The notes under the pieces: generated by a model | What the model was told of the DNA's origin: nothing | What the model saw: only the letters and a program-made list of their open reading frames with translations | Databases searched by the model: none | Translations under genes and position numbers: made by a program | Shown: positions 1-8,761 of the stretch, one piece after another | Layout of the letters: each line of letters begins with the position of its first letter | Numbering within the stretch: position 1 is the first letter of the stretch | DNA from: a virus | Strand: one strand, 5' to 3' | IMG/VR virus record: IMGVR_UViG_3300008213_000001 | DNA length: 36,610 nt

Positions 1-123
1 TACTTCGGGTCAAAATGGAGTTAAAGAGTGGCACCTACCCTAAAGAGGTCTTGGAAGCTAAGAATGAAGTATGGAAAGGATGATGACGGTTTATAAAATT
101 ACAGATGATTTAACTAAGTTTCA
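1..123. repeat. Terminal direct repeat, left copy (identical to 36488-36610)
   Basis: Base-by-base comparison of the first and last 123 nt shows identity. The repeat lies across the 3' end of the AHH nuclease gene and the 5' end of the next gene, as expected for a circular or terminally redundant assembly rather than a biological repeat. Confidence 0.95.
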
Positions 124-658
124 GTCGGTATGTTCTGGCCCAGATGAAATCGCTACCCAGTTGGGGGATTTCGACTATTTTGAGAGAATCTTATTGCAGG
201 CTGTTGAAAATAAATCTCTGAAAGATATTTGGAAGCCTGCGGAGGTCGAATTTGAAGATGTATTAACCGATAACTCCGTATTGCCTGATATTAGCTTATG
301 GTTACGAACATATCTTGTTTTATCGCCGAGGGCATATGAAGCTTTAAATAGTTGCTTATCTGAAAGCGGGGATTTTTTACCTGTCAATTATCAAAGTGAA
401 CAATGGTATTTATATACATCGCTGACTTTTGGAAAAGAAGATAGACAAAAGTGTGTAGAGAAGATCTCATATGGAAGCCCTGATGGGTTAGAGGTTCTTG
501 CATTCATTGATGATGATGTGAAAGATAAAGTGATCTTTAAATCAAGATTAGAAGGGACCAGCAACTTATACTGTACAGAGAGGTTCAAGGCTATGTGTGA
601 ACAAAATCAGCTTAATGGGCTCGTATTCTCTTCTAATCTGACAGATCCATTTGATTGA
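71..658 (+). CDS. Putative immunity protein for the upstream AHH nuclease (195 aa; alternative start ATG 80)
   Basis: Long ORF directly after the nuclease gene. In-frame ATG at 80 overlaps the nuclease stop TGA 81-83 (ATGA coupling) and a GGAAAGGA RBS-like run lies upstream. No catalytic motifs. Size and position are typical of polymorphic-toxin immunity genes. Confidence 0.6.
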   Translation: MERMMTVYKITDDLTKFQSVCSGPDEIATQLGDFDYFERILLQAVENKSLKDIWKPAEVEFEDVLTDNSVLPDISLWLRTYLVLSPRAYEALNSCLSESGDFLPVNYQSEQWYLYTSLTFGKEDRQKCVEKISYGSPDGLEVLAFIDDDVKDKVIFKSRLEGTSNLYCTERFKAMCEQNQLNGLVFSSNLTDPFD

Positions 659-768
659 TGAGATTGTAGTCATTACTCAGATTCTGATAATAAATGTACC
701 AAGCTAGTGATTCTCATCCTACTGGTTTGGTACACTTAAATTAGATCAAGATTTTTTAGTTTTTGGTG

Positions 769-1206
769 TTATATTTTTTGAACTTTAGACACTGCAGAGA
801 CTTTTCCATTTACAAAGTCTACTTTTGTGAATGGACAATACGTAGCATTGCTTGACTTACAATCATAAAAGAAAGTCATACCCTTATCGCCATTTTTGAA
901 TTTTGTGGTTTTCTGTTTTATAAAATTAACAGAGTAGGCCGCTTTAACAGCACACTCTGTCATTCCGACAGATACTTTGTTATTTGCAATGCTTTCCCAC
1001 TCAGCATCAGAGAAAACACCTCTCTTAACTAGTTCGTTCTTAGCTTCAATAGAGCGATTCGCTCTGGCCCCATAGACAGCACATAGGTTTAAGTCACTAG
1101 ATTTTGTAAAGTCTGCTGTATGTACATTGAATTTTTCATTATTAGGTTGTGAAGCACAGCCTGTTAATGCAATGAAAACACTGGCCAGAATGATTGATTT
1201 GTTCAT
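769..1206 (-). CDS. Lipoprotein, unknown function (145 aa)
   Basis: N-terminus MNKSIILASVFIALTGCASQ is a signal peptide with lipobox L-T-G-C. AT-rich cargo region. Confidence 0.75.
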   Translation of the reverse strand: MNKSIILASVFIALTGCASQPNNEKFNVHTADFTKSSDLNLCAVYGARANRSIEAKNELVKRGVFSDAEWESIANNKVSVGMTECAVKAAYSVNFIKQKTTKFKNGDKGMTFFYDCKSSNATYCPFTKVDFVNGKVSAVSKVQKI

Positions 1207-1280
1207 TAATAGTCTCTCTAAAAGTTACATTTGTTTGCAATGTAAGCAACTTGATATTTATGCCTACTATAATTTTGATG

Positions 1281-1745
1281 TTATTTACCGAAAAGAAGTG
1301 CTCTTGGTGCTGTATAGTTCGTAGTTTTGGCTAAAGCTATACTAGCGAGAAAGCTAGATATTGATAAAACCACACTGAAAATAGTTATCGCTTGCCAACC
1401 TTGAACAAATCCATGCTTATCAATTTCAAACCAAATGGCCGCTGGAACAGCACCTGCTATAACACGATAAACGCCATGAATGGCAAACCCGAGCTTGTGA
1501 GTGAACTCGTGTGCCCTTTGTAGCGTTGCTGAAATAGACTGGTTTGTTTTTAAAACTTGACTATTTAAAAACCAAATAACTAAATGAATACATAATAAGT
1601 ATAAGAAGTAGTTGAGTACAATGTCACCAGGGTTCAAAGACGATAAGCTTTTTGCCGCTGAAAAATCAGGTTGATTGCTGAGCAATATTATCGGCACAGC
1701 TCCAAGTAATAATGATAATAGAATTTCTGTTGTTATAGTTCTCAT
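1281..1745 (-). CDS. Integral membrane protein, about 4 TM segments (154 aa)
   Basis: Several hydrophobic stretches (LLSLLLGAVPIILL, YFLYLLCIHLVIWFL, VIAGAVPAAIWF, AITIFSVVLSISSFLASIALA). Lies 74 bp upstream of the lipoprotein gene on the same strand. Confidence 0.7.
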   Translation of the reverse strand: MRTITTEILLSLLLGAVPIILLSNQPDFSAAKSLSSLNPGDIVLNYFLYLLCIHLVIWFLNSQVLKTNQSISATLQRAHEFTHKLGFAIHGVYRVIAGAVPAAIWFEIDKHGFVQGWQAITIFSVVLSISSFLASIALAKTTNYTAPRALLFGK

Positions 1746-2062
1746 AAAAATCAGATTGTTGCTTGTGTTAAAACATAATTTTCAATACTGATATTGCAAC
1801 CTTTAATAATTCTCTTCAATTAGCAGATGTTTAATTAGTGATATTAATCAGTGATCAGCTTTCTTGTTTGATTGAAAAGTAACCTTCAAACTGAAGGTCA
1901 TGCAGCAATACTGCTTTAAAATTGAAATGCTTCAAATGAGTAATTACAAAATGAAATCTCATCACTGCTAATCAACTAACACTCTCCAGCAGAGATACGT
2001 TTTAGCTACTTTATGTGTCGTCATAACAAACTAGTGACTGGTATCTAAAAACCACTGTGGAA

Positions 2063-2082
2063 AACTGTATGGATATACAGTA
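2063..2082. promoter_or_regulatory. LexA (SOS) box AACTGTATGGATATACAGTA
   Basis: CTGT-N8-ACAG with 17/20 matches to the gammaproteobacterial consensus TACTGTATATATATACAGTA. Lies 32-51 nt upstream of ATG 2114. Confidence 0.7.
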
Positions 2083-2113
2083 TATTTCACTGATGATTGG
2101 TAAGGGTGTTGAT

Positions 2114-2347
2114 ATGTCGAATAAAAATCAAAACGATATCTTGTTGTCTGCTTTAGAAATCGTCATTGATGGTGTGGCTAATAGTGAGGCAACAGAGAGG
2201 ACTAGAGCGGCAGGTGCATATATTGCTGGTTTAATACTGGCTGATACAAAAGGGCAGTTGGACTCCGAAAAACAAAAAGCCATCTTGAGCATTGTCGAGA
2301 TGGCTTCTGAAGTAGATAGCACGGCGTTTATACAAGATTCACTATAG
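2114..2347 (+). CDS. Small hypothetical protein (77 aa), candidate SOS-controlled antirepressor
   Basis: ATG 2114 preceded by AAGGGTG. The ORF-track start (GTG 2057) would place the LexA box inside the gene. Sits between rep and the head genes, where phage 186 carries LexA-controlled tum. Confidence 0.5.
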   Translation: MSNKNQNDILLSALEIVIDGVANSEATERTRAAGAYIAGLILADTKGQLDSEKQKAILSIVEMASEVDSTAFIQDSL

Positions 2348-2593
2348 TATCGAGAGTTGATGTTTGAGCTGTTGTCGTGCCTCTGGCGGCAACGCCTTAC
2401 ACAAGTTAAATGCCAGTTGGCTTGTCGTTTTTGCCGATGGGCTCAACGTATGGCTATAAGACAAATTCATCACAAATGTATGTCCACATTCTGGGTCACT
2501 GCAGCTGCAATACAAATCTGAATGACTGTTGGTTAAGCGGTTGGATTTTTGGATACGGCTTTTGCTTCCACACTCCGGGCACAACACTCTCAT
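2342..2593 (-). CDS. ogr: Ogr/Delta-family zinc-finger late-gene activator (83 aa from ATG 2593)
   Basis: MRVLCPECGSKSRIQKSNRL...YCSCSDPECGHTF gives a CxxC...CxxxxxC zinc-finger pattern and size typical of Ogr/Delta/B. AGGTG RBS lies 6 nt before ATG 2593. The GTG 2602 of the ORF track is less likely. Confidence 0.85.
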   Translation of the reverse strand: MRVLCPECGSKSRIQKSNRLTNSHSDLYCSCSDPECGHTFVMNLSYSHTLSPSAKTTSQLAFNLCKALPPEARQQLKHQLSIL

Positions 2594-2639
2594 ATAAAAC
2601 ACCTAGCTTATTGACTGACTTAATAATCATACGTCAAAA

Positions 2640-2659
2640 GACTGTGTTTTTATACAGTT
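2640..2659. promoter_or_regulatory. LexA-box-like palindrome GACTGTGTTTTTATACAGTT upstream of ogr
   Basis: CTGT-N8-ACAG core intact with an AT-rich spacer. Lies 47-66 nt upstream of the ogr ATG and 13 nt after the portal stop. Confidence 0.5.
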
Positions 2660-2671
2660 TTGGAGGCGTAT

Positions 2672-3700
2672 TTAGGCCGTATCTCCATGTATTAAATTGA
2701 AATTAAGGCGCAAGTGTTTAGGTACCTCTGGGTCTGAATTCACCTCATCCATAATCAGCTCACACACCGGGATGATCTCATCCTTGGCATATTCACTGCC
2801 TACTTTTACAGGGTCGGGTGAAATTGAACCGCTTGAGGGAATAATGCCCCCTTTACCTGCTGGGAAGCGGTGGCCGACAAGAATGTCCTGCGCGGTAATA
2901 TTTTTGATGCGCTCAAACTCATCTTTGGTAGCGATATCACCAACCGGAATCAGCTGAATCCCTTTCTCTTTGCCGTTCGGAATGTTTACGAACATACTGC
3001 GGAAGTTACCCACGCCTTTAGAACTGGCGATCTTCTGCTTCAACATTTCTTCATCTTCTTCACTAAGGTTTGGGTCGGTGGCGTAGAAGATAAAGCCCAT
3101 GTGTGCGCCGTTCTTATAGTAGCGACGGCGGAACAAAGTCGCGTCTTTATTCAGCAAACTGCTCTGAATGCTGCCAAGATAATCCGCCAAACCGTAGATT
3201 TGTTGTTGTGGGTCGTACTGAGGCAAGAAAATAACATCTTCCTTGCGATATTCCCGCTGCTGGTTGTCGCGTTCCAGAATGACGAAATTGCCGTTTTTGC
3301 GTCTGCGAAGGTACATGCCAGGTAATGGATGCAAACGAACCACACGTTTGAAGCCATCGCGGATTTTAAGAAATGCAGCATCGCCAAAGGTGAAGTAATC
3401 ACGGCAAAAAGCTTGGACGTGTCGGCGGCGGATAGCGCCTCCATTTTGGAATCGTCCGGCTACGTAATTGGCCCGGGCTATCAACAGTGAGCCATGATAG
3501 GCGTTGGCGCGCGCGATATCCGCTAAGCCACTGCGAGAAATCGGTGGTTCCCAATAGTTGTCGGCATCGTTGTAAAACAAATCTGAATAGGTGGTCATCC
3601 AACTGTTTGAGTCGATGGCCTCTGGTGAGGAGTCGATGTGATAGACCGACTCTGGCGTGTGTTCTTCTTGTTTGACTAAAGTGTTCATTTGCTCGGTCAT
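2672..3700 (-). CDS. Portal protein (P2 gpQ-like, 342 aa)
   Basis: Size and position match P2 Q. ATGA overlap with the terminase stop (3697-3700). Transcribed divergently from the scaffold/capsid operon as in P2. Confidence 0.9.
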   Translation of the reverse strand: MTEQMNTLVKQEEHTPESVYHIDSSPEAIDSNSWMTTYSDLFYNDADNYWEPPISRSGLADIARANAYHGSLLIARANYVAGRFQNGGAIRRRHVQAFCRDYFTFGDAAFLKIRDGFKRVVRLHPLPGMYLRRRKNGNFVILERDNQQREYRKEDVIFLPQYDPQQQIYGLADYLGSIQSSLLNKDATLFRRRYYKNGAHMGFIFYATDPNLSEEDEEMLKQKIASSKGVGNFRSMFVNIPNGKEKGIQLIPVGDIATKDEFERIKNITAQDILVGHRFPAGKGGIIPSSGSISPDPVKVGSEYAKDEIIPVCELIMDEVNSDPEVPKHLRLNFNLIHGDTA

Positions 3701-5472
3701 GCTGCAGTGGCCCAGGTTGATTTAGTTGGTGTTGAGTGATCTAACGGCTCGTTAATGATGGCGTGAGAGATTGCCCAGAATGCATCGGCGTGTCCGGTCG
3801 TTTCGCTTCGTTCGGCTTTAAAGGTCATGGCGTTACCGCTGGCCGTTGGGACGCGCTTAATCGCCATAAACGCCATGGCAATGTCTTTGTGTTCGGCATC
3901 AAACTGCAGGCGTTTGGCTTCTACTACGTCAATCATCTTCATTACCAAGCGGTTTTTGTTTTCGTTGCTATAGTGGATAGCGTGAGCTTCACGTGGGTAT
4001 TTCTTCGAAATTAAGTCCCAAACACCGCCGCCAATACCAGTGGTGTCGACTCCGATGTAAGTCACTTTGTAGCGCTGAAAGACTTTCTCTATTTCTGAAA
4101 CGTGATATTGGAAGTTCAGCCCTTTCCAATAGTGTTTTTCTAATACACGGAAACGTTCACCCGCCACGACAGGCGGAGCGACAACCACCAAACAGGCATT
4201 GTCACGGGTGCGGCTTGGGTCGTAACCTAACCAAACTTCCCTGTTGGCAAAAGGTCGTTTGTTATTTGGTTTGAAGTCTTGCCAGTGAGCGGCATCCACC
4301 ATGCCTTTTTCGAGGTCAGAGAATTTGAAGACAGACAACGAACCATCGACAAACACGCACATAAACAGGTTTTTGAAGTCGTCATCGCTGTATTCTTCGC
4401 GCAGTTCGTCAATGTCGAATAAGTCACAGCCGCCATTCGCGGCATCTTCAATAGTGACAACATAACGCCACTGTTTGTCTGGGCAGAGTCGCCCGCCGTC
4501 TCGGAATTCATTAAAGGTCGGGAATTCAACGTTGGCGCGAGAGTCTTTACCTTTGCGCCACTGGTCACCAGTCCAGAATGGGTAAGCCTGGTGCATTTTA
4601 GAAGACGGCGTAGAAAAGTAGGTTTTGCGCCATTTCTTATGCGTTGCCATCGCCGAAGCAAGTTTGTTCAGCTCATCGAACTTAGGGATCCAGAAGTATT
4701 CATCGACATAAACGTGGCCGTGGTAACTCTGTGCGGTTTTGCTGTTTGTGGACAAAAAGCGCAGTTCGGCGCCATTGGAAAGAATAATAGGGTTGCCGGT
4801 TAACTCGATGTCTAAGAACTCTTTACCAATCGCAATGATGTAGCTGCGGAAAACTTCAGCTTGAGCGCGTGATGCAGAAAGAAAGATTTGGTTATCACCA
4901 GTCAGAATCGCATCTTCTAAGGCTTCACCACTGAAATAGTAGGTAGCACCAATCTGGCGAGACTTGAGAATATTACGAATACGCTGTTTGATGTTGTTGC
5001 GCATCGTGTGCTGGTATTCGAACAGCGATTCGTGCCAGCCTCTAAAGTCATCTTCTGTCAGGTGCTCAATGCTGTTTTTCTTACGGCTTTTTTTACGGTT
5101 GCCATTACTGCTGCTTTGTTTTGATGAGTCACCATCACTCTTTGGTGAGCTGCCTTGCGAAAGGTGTCGCTCTGCTTTGGCTTTTGCATCAGCGTGAGCT
5201 TTTAACAGCTTAACGTGGTGATCGATTAGCTTGTCCATTTCCTTGAGCTGCTGATCGGTTTTCTCATCCTTATCTATCAGCACCGCTAAACGGCGGTTAA
5301 TCATCTGCTCTACAGACAATTCATCCAACAACAACGCCCAGCCGAATTTCTCCGCCCAGGTATAAAGGATGCGCTCACTATTGAGGTTCAGTTGAGCTGC
5401 AATTTCTTTTGGAGGAACACCGCGTAAATAGAGCTTTTTCGCGGCTTCTCTTATTTCATCTGAATATGCCAT
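3697..5472 (-). CDS. Terminase large subunit (P2 gpP-like, 591 aa from ATG 5472)
   Basis: [39 protein letters not shown] matches the P2 gpP ATPase region. The internal ATG at 5472 ([12 protein letters not shown]) is preferred over the non-ATG start at 5502. Confidence 0.93.
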   Translation of the reverse strand: MAYSDEIREAAKKLYLRGVPPKEIAAQLNLNSERILYTWAEKFGWALLLDELSVEQMINRRLAVLIDKDEKTDQQLKEMDKLIDHHVKLLKAHADAKAKAERHLSQGSSPKSDGDSSKQSSSNGNRKKSRKKNSIEHLTEDDFRGWHESLFEYQHTMRNNIKQRIRNILKSRQIGATYYFSGEALEDAILTGDNQIFLSASRAQAEVFRSYIIAIGKEFLDIELTGNPIILSNGAELRFLSTNSKTAQSYHGHVYVDEYFWIPKFDELNKLASAMATHKKWRKTYFSTPSSKMHQAYPFWTGDQWRKGKDSRANVEFPTFNEFRDGGRLCPDKQWRYVVTIEDAANGGCDLFDIDELREEYSDDDFKNLFMCVFVDGSLSVFKFSDLEKGMVDAAHWQDFKPNNKRPFANREVWLGYDPSRTRDNACLVVVAPPVVAGERFRVLEKHYWKGLNFQYHVSEIEKVFQRYKVTYIGVDTTGIGGGVWDLISKKYPREAHAIHYSNENKNRLVMKMIDVVEAKRLQFDAEHKDIAMAFMAIKRVPTASGNAMTFKAERSETTGHADAFWAISHAIINEPLDHSTPTKSTWATAA

Positions 5473-5512
5473 AGCTGCATCATACGCGCCGAAAACTCGC
5501 AAATGACTAACT

Positions 5513-5552
5513 AAAATTCGGATGAATTCGGATTTTGGCTAAATCCGAATTC
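5513..5552. promoter_or_regulatory. Perfect 12-bp inverted repeat GAATTCGGATTT-N5-AAATCCGAATTC (5524-5552) plus a third half-site (AAATTCGGATG, 5513-5523)
   Basis: Read directly from the sequence. Centred in the divergent terminase/scaffold intergenic region, where the P2-type late promoters sit. Confidence 0.5.
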
Positions 5553-5617
5553 TCAGGAATTGAAGTGGCTGAAAGCCGTTATTCAAAGGCGTATTGTTTG
5601 CTCACACCGATATGTGA

Positions 5618-6496
5618 ATGACAAGTTTGAGTACCAAAATGCCAAAGATTAGTGACTGGAAAATCATTGCTACTGAGGGGCCAACCGTAGACGGGCGCAA
5701 AATTACCCGTGATTGGATTGAGCAAATGGCGGCAAGCTATGACCCGAAAGAGTACACCGCGCTAATCTGGCCAGAACACCGTCGATTTTATGGCTACGGT
5801 GAAAACTGGGGCAATGTTGTTGAGCTTAAAGCTGAAGAAGAAGATGGCAAATTACGTCTGTTCGCGAAGCTTGAGCCAAATGAATTCATGTTGGAAGCCA
5901 ACCGCAAAAAGCAAAAGCTGTTCACATCCATCGAGCCAAATCCCGATTACAAGGGCGAAGGGCGTTGTTATTTAATGGGCCTAGCTGCGACTGACTCCCC
6001 AGCCTCCACTGGTACCTCGCTCCTTCAATTCTCTCGTCAATCTGGTGAAACAACCGAATTAGAGTGCAGTGCATTGGAAGAAGTCGATTTTTCCGAGTGC
6101 TTCACGCGCAAAGACCGCTTTTTCGCGGCATTTAATGAATTTTTCTCTTCTGGCGATGAAGAGCCAGAAACTCCATCAAAAGTAGAGGACACCGATGTGA
6201 CCGAAGAGCAACTTAAAGCAGCACTGAAAGAGCAGTTTTCTGCATTCAAAGGCGAGTTCAAGCAAGAACTGAAAGAAGAGTTCAACTTGCAAGACGAGCC
6301 AGAAACACCAGAGCTAGAAGAGCAGGACACAAGCGTTGAGCAGTTCTCTGCCACTCTGGACGAAAAGCTAAAACCGTTAATTGAGAAAGTGAACGGTCTC
6401 GAAAACCAATTCGCTGAACTTTCACAGGAAGTACCAGGCCAAGAGCCGAACCCATCGGGTACCAGTGAGAAGTTCTCATCTGAGGAGATTTTTTAA
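5618..6496 (+). CDS. Capsid scaffolding protein (P2 gpO-like, 292 aa; alternative start 5639)
   Basis: IATEGPTVDGRKITRDWIEQMAASYDPKEYTALIWPEH resembles the GPO N-terminal region. Acidic C-terminus. Directly precedes the capsid gene. Confidence 0.9.
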   Translation: MTSLSTKMPKISDWKIIATEGPTVDGRKITRDWIEQMAASYDPKEYTALIWPEHRRFYGYGENWGNVVELKAEEEDGKLRLFAKLEPNEFMLEANRKKQKLFTSIEPNPDYKGEGRCYLMGLAATDSPASTGTSLLQFSRQSGETTELECSALEEVDFSECFTRKDRFFAAFNEFFSSGDEEPETPSKVEDTDVTEEQLKAALKEQFSAFKGEFKQELKEEFNLQDEPETPELEEQDTSVEQFSATLDEKLKPLIEKVNGLENQFAELSQEVPGQEPNPSGTSEKFSSEEIF

Positions 6497-7500
6497 TGCT
6501 GAATGCACTATCTACCACCTACCTACAAGAGTTTTGTGCAGCGACGTTAGCAGCAGCAAATGCTCCGCAGGGTACTCAGTCATTTAACCTAACACCACCA
6601 ATGGAAACCAAGCTTCGTCAGGCGATCATGGAGTCTGATGCTTTCCTTGGCATGGTCTCATTGCTGCCAGTTCAGCAAATTAAAGGTCAGGTTGTTGATG
6701 TGGGTGATGATGGTCTGTCTACCGGTCGTAAAGACAGTGGTCGCTTTAGCGTTGAAGTCGGTCAAAGTGGTAATACTTACGAGCTGACAAAGACGGATTC
6801 TGGCGCACATATCTTGTGGGAAACCATGACTCAGTGGGCAAACTCAGGCTCAAAAGGCCAATGGTTGACCATGATGAAAAATGCCATCTCTCGCCGTTTC
6901 GCATTAGACATGTTGCGCGTTGGCTTTAATGGTACGTCTATCGCAGCTAACACAGACCCAGTCGCTAACCCGCTTGGTCAGGATGTTAACAAAGGTTGGT
7001 TAACCATCGCGAAAGAGAAGAAAGCGAGCCAAGTTCTTGCTTCAGCGCAACTCGACCCAACAGGCGCAGCCGCGGATTCATACAAAAACCTAGATTCGTT
7101 GGTTCAAGACCTGATCAATACCACGATTGCACCAGAGCACCGTCAAGACCCTGATCTTGTGGTTCTCGTCGGTTCCAACCTGGTCGCAGCAGAGCAGCAC
7201 CGTCTACTGGAATCAGCAAACACACCAACGGAACACAAAGCCGCGCAGCAGTTAGCCAAAACCATTGCGGGTAAAAAGGCCTATACGCCGCCGTTCTTCC
7301 CTGCCGATATGATTTGGGTAACCAACACTAAAAACCTGCAAATTCTTACTCAGGAAGGGACGCAGTGGCGCAAGCAGAAGAATGACGAAGACGAGCTTCG
7401 CTTCAAGCAAAACCACATCCGTATGGAAGGTTATGCAATCGGCAATCTAAATAAGTTCGCTGCGATTGAAGCGGTCACCGTTGTTGAGCCTGTAGCTTAA
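6496..7500 (+). CDS. Major capsid protein (P2 gpN-like, 334 aa)
   Basis: Blocks RVGFNGT, NPLGQDVNKGWL, QDPDLVVLVGS and PFFPADMIWVT correspond to conserved gpN blocks. TAATG overlap with the scaffold stop. Confidence 0.93.
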   Translation: MLNALSTTYLQEFCAATLAAANAPQGTQSFNLTPPMETKLRQAIMESDAFLGMVSLLPVQQIKGQVVDVGDDGLSTGRKDSGRFSVEVGQSGNTYELTKTDSGAHILWETMTQWANSGSKGQWLTMMKNAISRRFALDMLRVGFNGTSIAANTDPVANPLGQDVNKGWLTIAKEKKASQVLASAQLDPTGAAADSYKNLDSLVQDLINTTIAPEHRQDPDLVVLVGSNLVAAEQHRLLESANTPTEHKAAQQLAKTIAGKKAYTPPFFPADMIWVTNTKNLQILTQEGTQWRKQKNDEDELRFKQNHIRMEGYAIGNLNKFAAIEAVTVVEPVA

Positions 7501-7510
7501 GGAGTAATGC

Positions 7511-8227
7511 ATGGTTAGCCCATTAGCAAAACAGCGCCGAAAGCTCATTGAACAGCAAGCTAACCAGTCTGCACCGGAAGCCGTTTCCGGTGCAGATACC
7601 GACAGCCTGCACATTAAGCTGATTGAGTTTGAAGAAGACCGCAAGTATTTGCGCTCATTCAATGCCATCGCTGATCGAATTAAGCACAAACGTGAAGTGC
7701 TGGTACCGAAGTACAAGCCGTATGTTCAAACCTATTTAGAAAGTGGCGAAGCGTTCGAAAACCCAATCTTTACCAACATGGTGGTTTGGCTATTCGACGT
7801 TAAAGAACTGGATGCCGCGATTGAGTGGTGCATGAAAGCCATTGAGCTGGACTTACCTACACCAGAAAACTTCCGCCGTGATTGGCCGACGTTCTGTGCT
7901 GACGAAGTGTTGGCATGGGCGGAGAAAGAATCTGAACGTGGTCATTCCATCGAGCCTTATTTCTCCCAGGTATTCGAAAAGGTCGAGAAAGAGTGGCGCT
8001 TGCACGAGAAGGTTCATGCCAAGTGGTACAAGTTCGCGGGTTTATACCTGATTCGAAATGAAGAAGGCCAGCCGCAAGCCACTGCGGTTGGCAACGTAGA
8101 AACGCTAGAAAAAGCCTTGGCTCTGCTTCAACACGCGCACGATAAGAACAGCAAAGTGGGGGTGGGTACCCAAATCAAGAAGATTGAAGCCCGTATTCGC
8201 GCCATTAACGAAGGCAAGAATCTGTAA
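7511..8227 (+). CDS. Terminase small subunit (P2 gpM-like, 238 aa)
   Basis: Position after the capsid gene, size, and overall similarity of pattern to gpM. Confidence 0.8.
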   Translation: MVSPLAKQRRKLIEQQANQSAPEAVSGADTDSLHIKLIEFEEDRKYLRSFNAIADRIKHKREVLVPKYKPYVQTYLESGEAFENPIFTNMVVWLFDVKELDAAIEWCMKAIELDLPTPENFRRDWPTFCADEVLAWAEKESERGHSIEPYFSQVFEKVEKEWRLHEKVHAKWYKFAGLYLIRNEEGQPQATAVGNVETLEKALALLQHAHDKNSKVGVGTQIKKIEARIRAINEGKNL

Positions 8228-8341
8228 AGACTCCTACGCCACCGCGCCTCGGCTGGTGAGGTAAGAGAAGCCAACCGGCTAACTCGATACCGTCGACCCA
8301 GTGGCTAGAGGCGCCCTAATTTAAATAAGCAAGGAACCGTT

Positions 8342-8761
8342 ATGAGCTTTGGCGGAAATGTTAACAGCGCAGTCGATATCGCCATACCAGGTGAAGGGTG
8401 GCCTGATTTATCCACGGCTGAATTCCGCAGTTTACGCCGTGTTCCCCATACGTTTGATAACGACTCTTTGAACTACGCGGTGACCATCGCCGCGCTGAAT
8501 ATTCAGGAACGACTGGAAAGCCTGATCGTCGATGGCGAAAAGCCAGTGCTGAGCAATCCGAAAATCATGCTCTACAAACGTGCGGTTTATGGTCGGGCTC
8601 ACGCCGAGCTGCTGAAAGAGTTTGCGACCCAAGACCGCCGAAAAGAAGGTGAAAGCGTGGCAACGGATGAACCGGAACAAGAGGCACGCTTTCTCGCCCA
8701 GAGTAACAAAGATGTGCGTGCACTCCTTGGTCGCAGTGCGAATGGGATTGACTCGATATGA
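8342..8761 (+). CDS. Head completion/stabilisation protein (P2 gpL-like, 139 aa)
   Basis: Synteny after the gpM-like gene, and size. ATGA overlap with the next gene. Confidence 0.65.
   Translation: MSFGGNVNSAVDIAIPGEGWPDLSTAEFRSLRRVPHTFDNDSLNYAVTIAALNIQERLESLIVDGEKPVLSNPKIMLYKRAVYGRAHAELLKEFATQDRRKEGESVATDEPEQEARFLAQSNKDVRALLGRSANGIDSI

Noticed and set aside
694-733. TGTACCAA ... TTGGTACA inverted repeat between the convergent immunity-like and lipoprotein genes, considered as a bidirectional terminator
   Set aside because: The loop is about 24 nt and the interior pairs only partly, with no clear U-tract. Too weak to report as a feature.
1882-1915. Two adjacent small hairpins (ACCTTCA-AAC-TGAAGGT and GCAG-CAATA-CTGC) in the 311-bp non-coding region upstream of the membrane-protein gene
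   Set aside because: The stems are short and there is no convincing U-tract on either strand. It could be a weak terminator insulating the cargo operon from late read-through, but the evidence is insufficient to call.
4227-4661. 144-aa minus-strand ORF, and several plus-strand ORFs, inside the terminase gene
   Set aside because: They are alternative frames of a confidently recognised gpP-like gene, with no independent start signals.
8244-8314. GC-rich segment with GCGCCTC ... GAGGCGC inverted ends between the gpM-like and gpL-like genes, considered as a cos site or structured RNA
   Set aside because: Only the outer 7 bp pair cleanly and the interior pairing is poor. Nothing allows cohesive ends to be inferred from sequence alone. 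Left unassigned.
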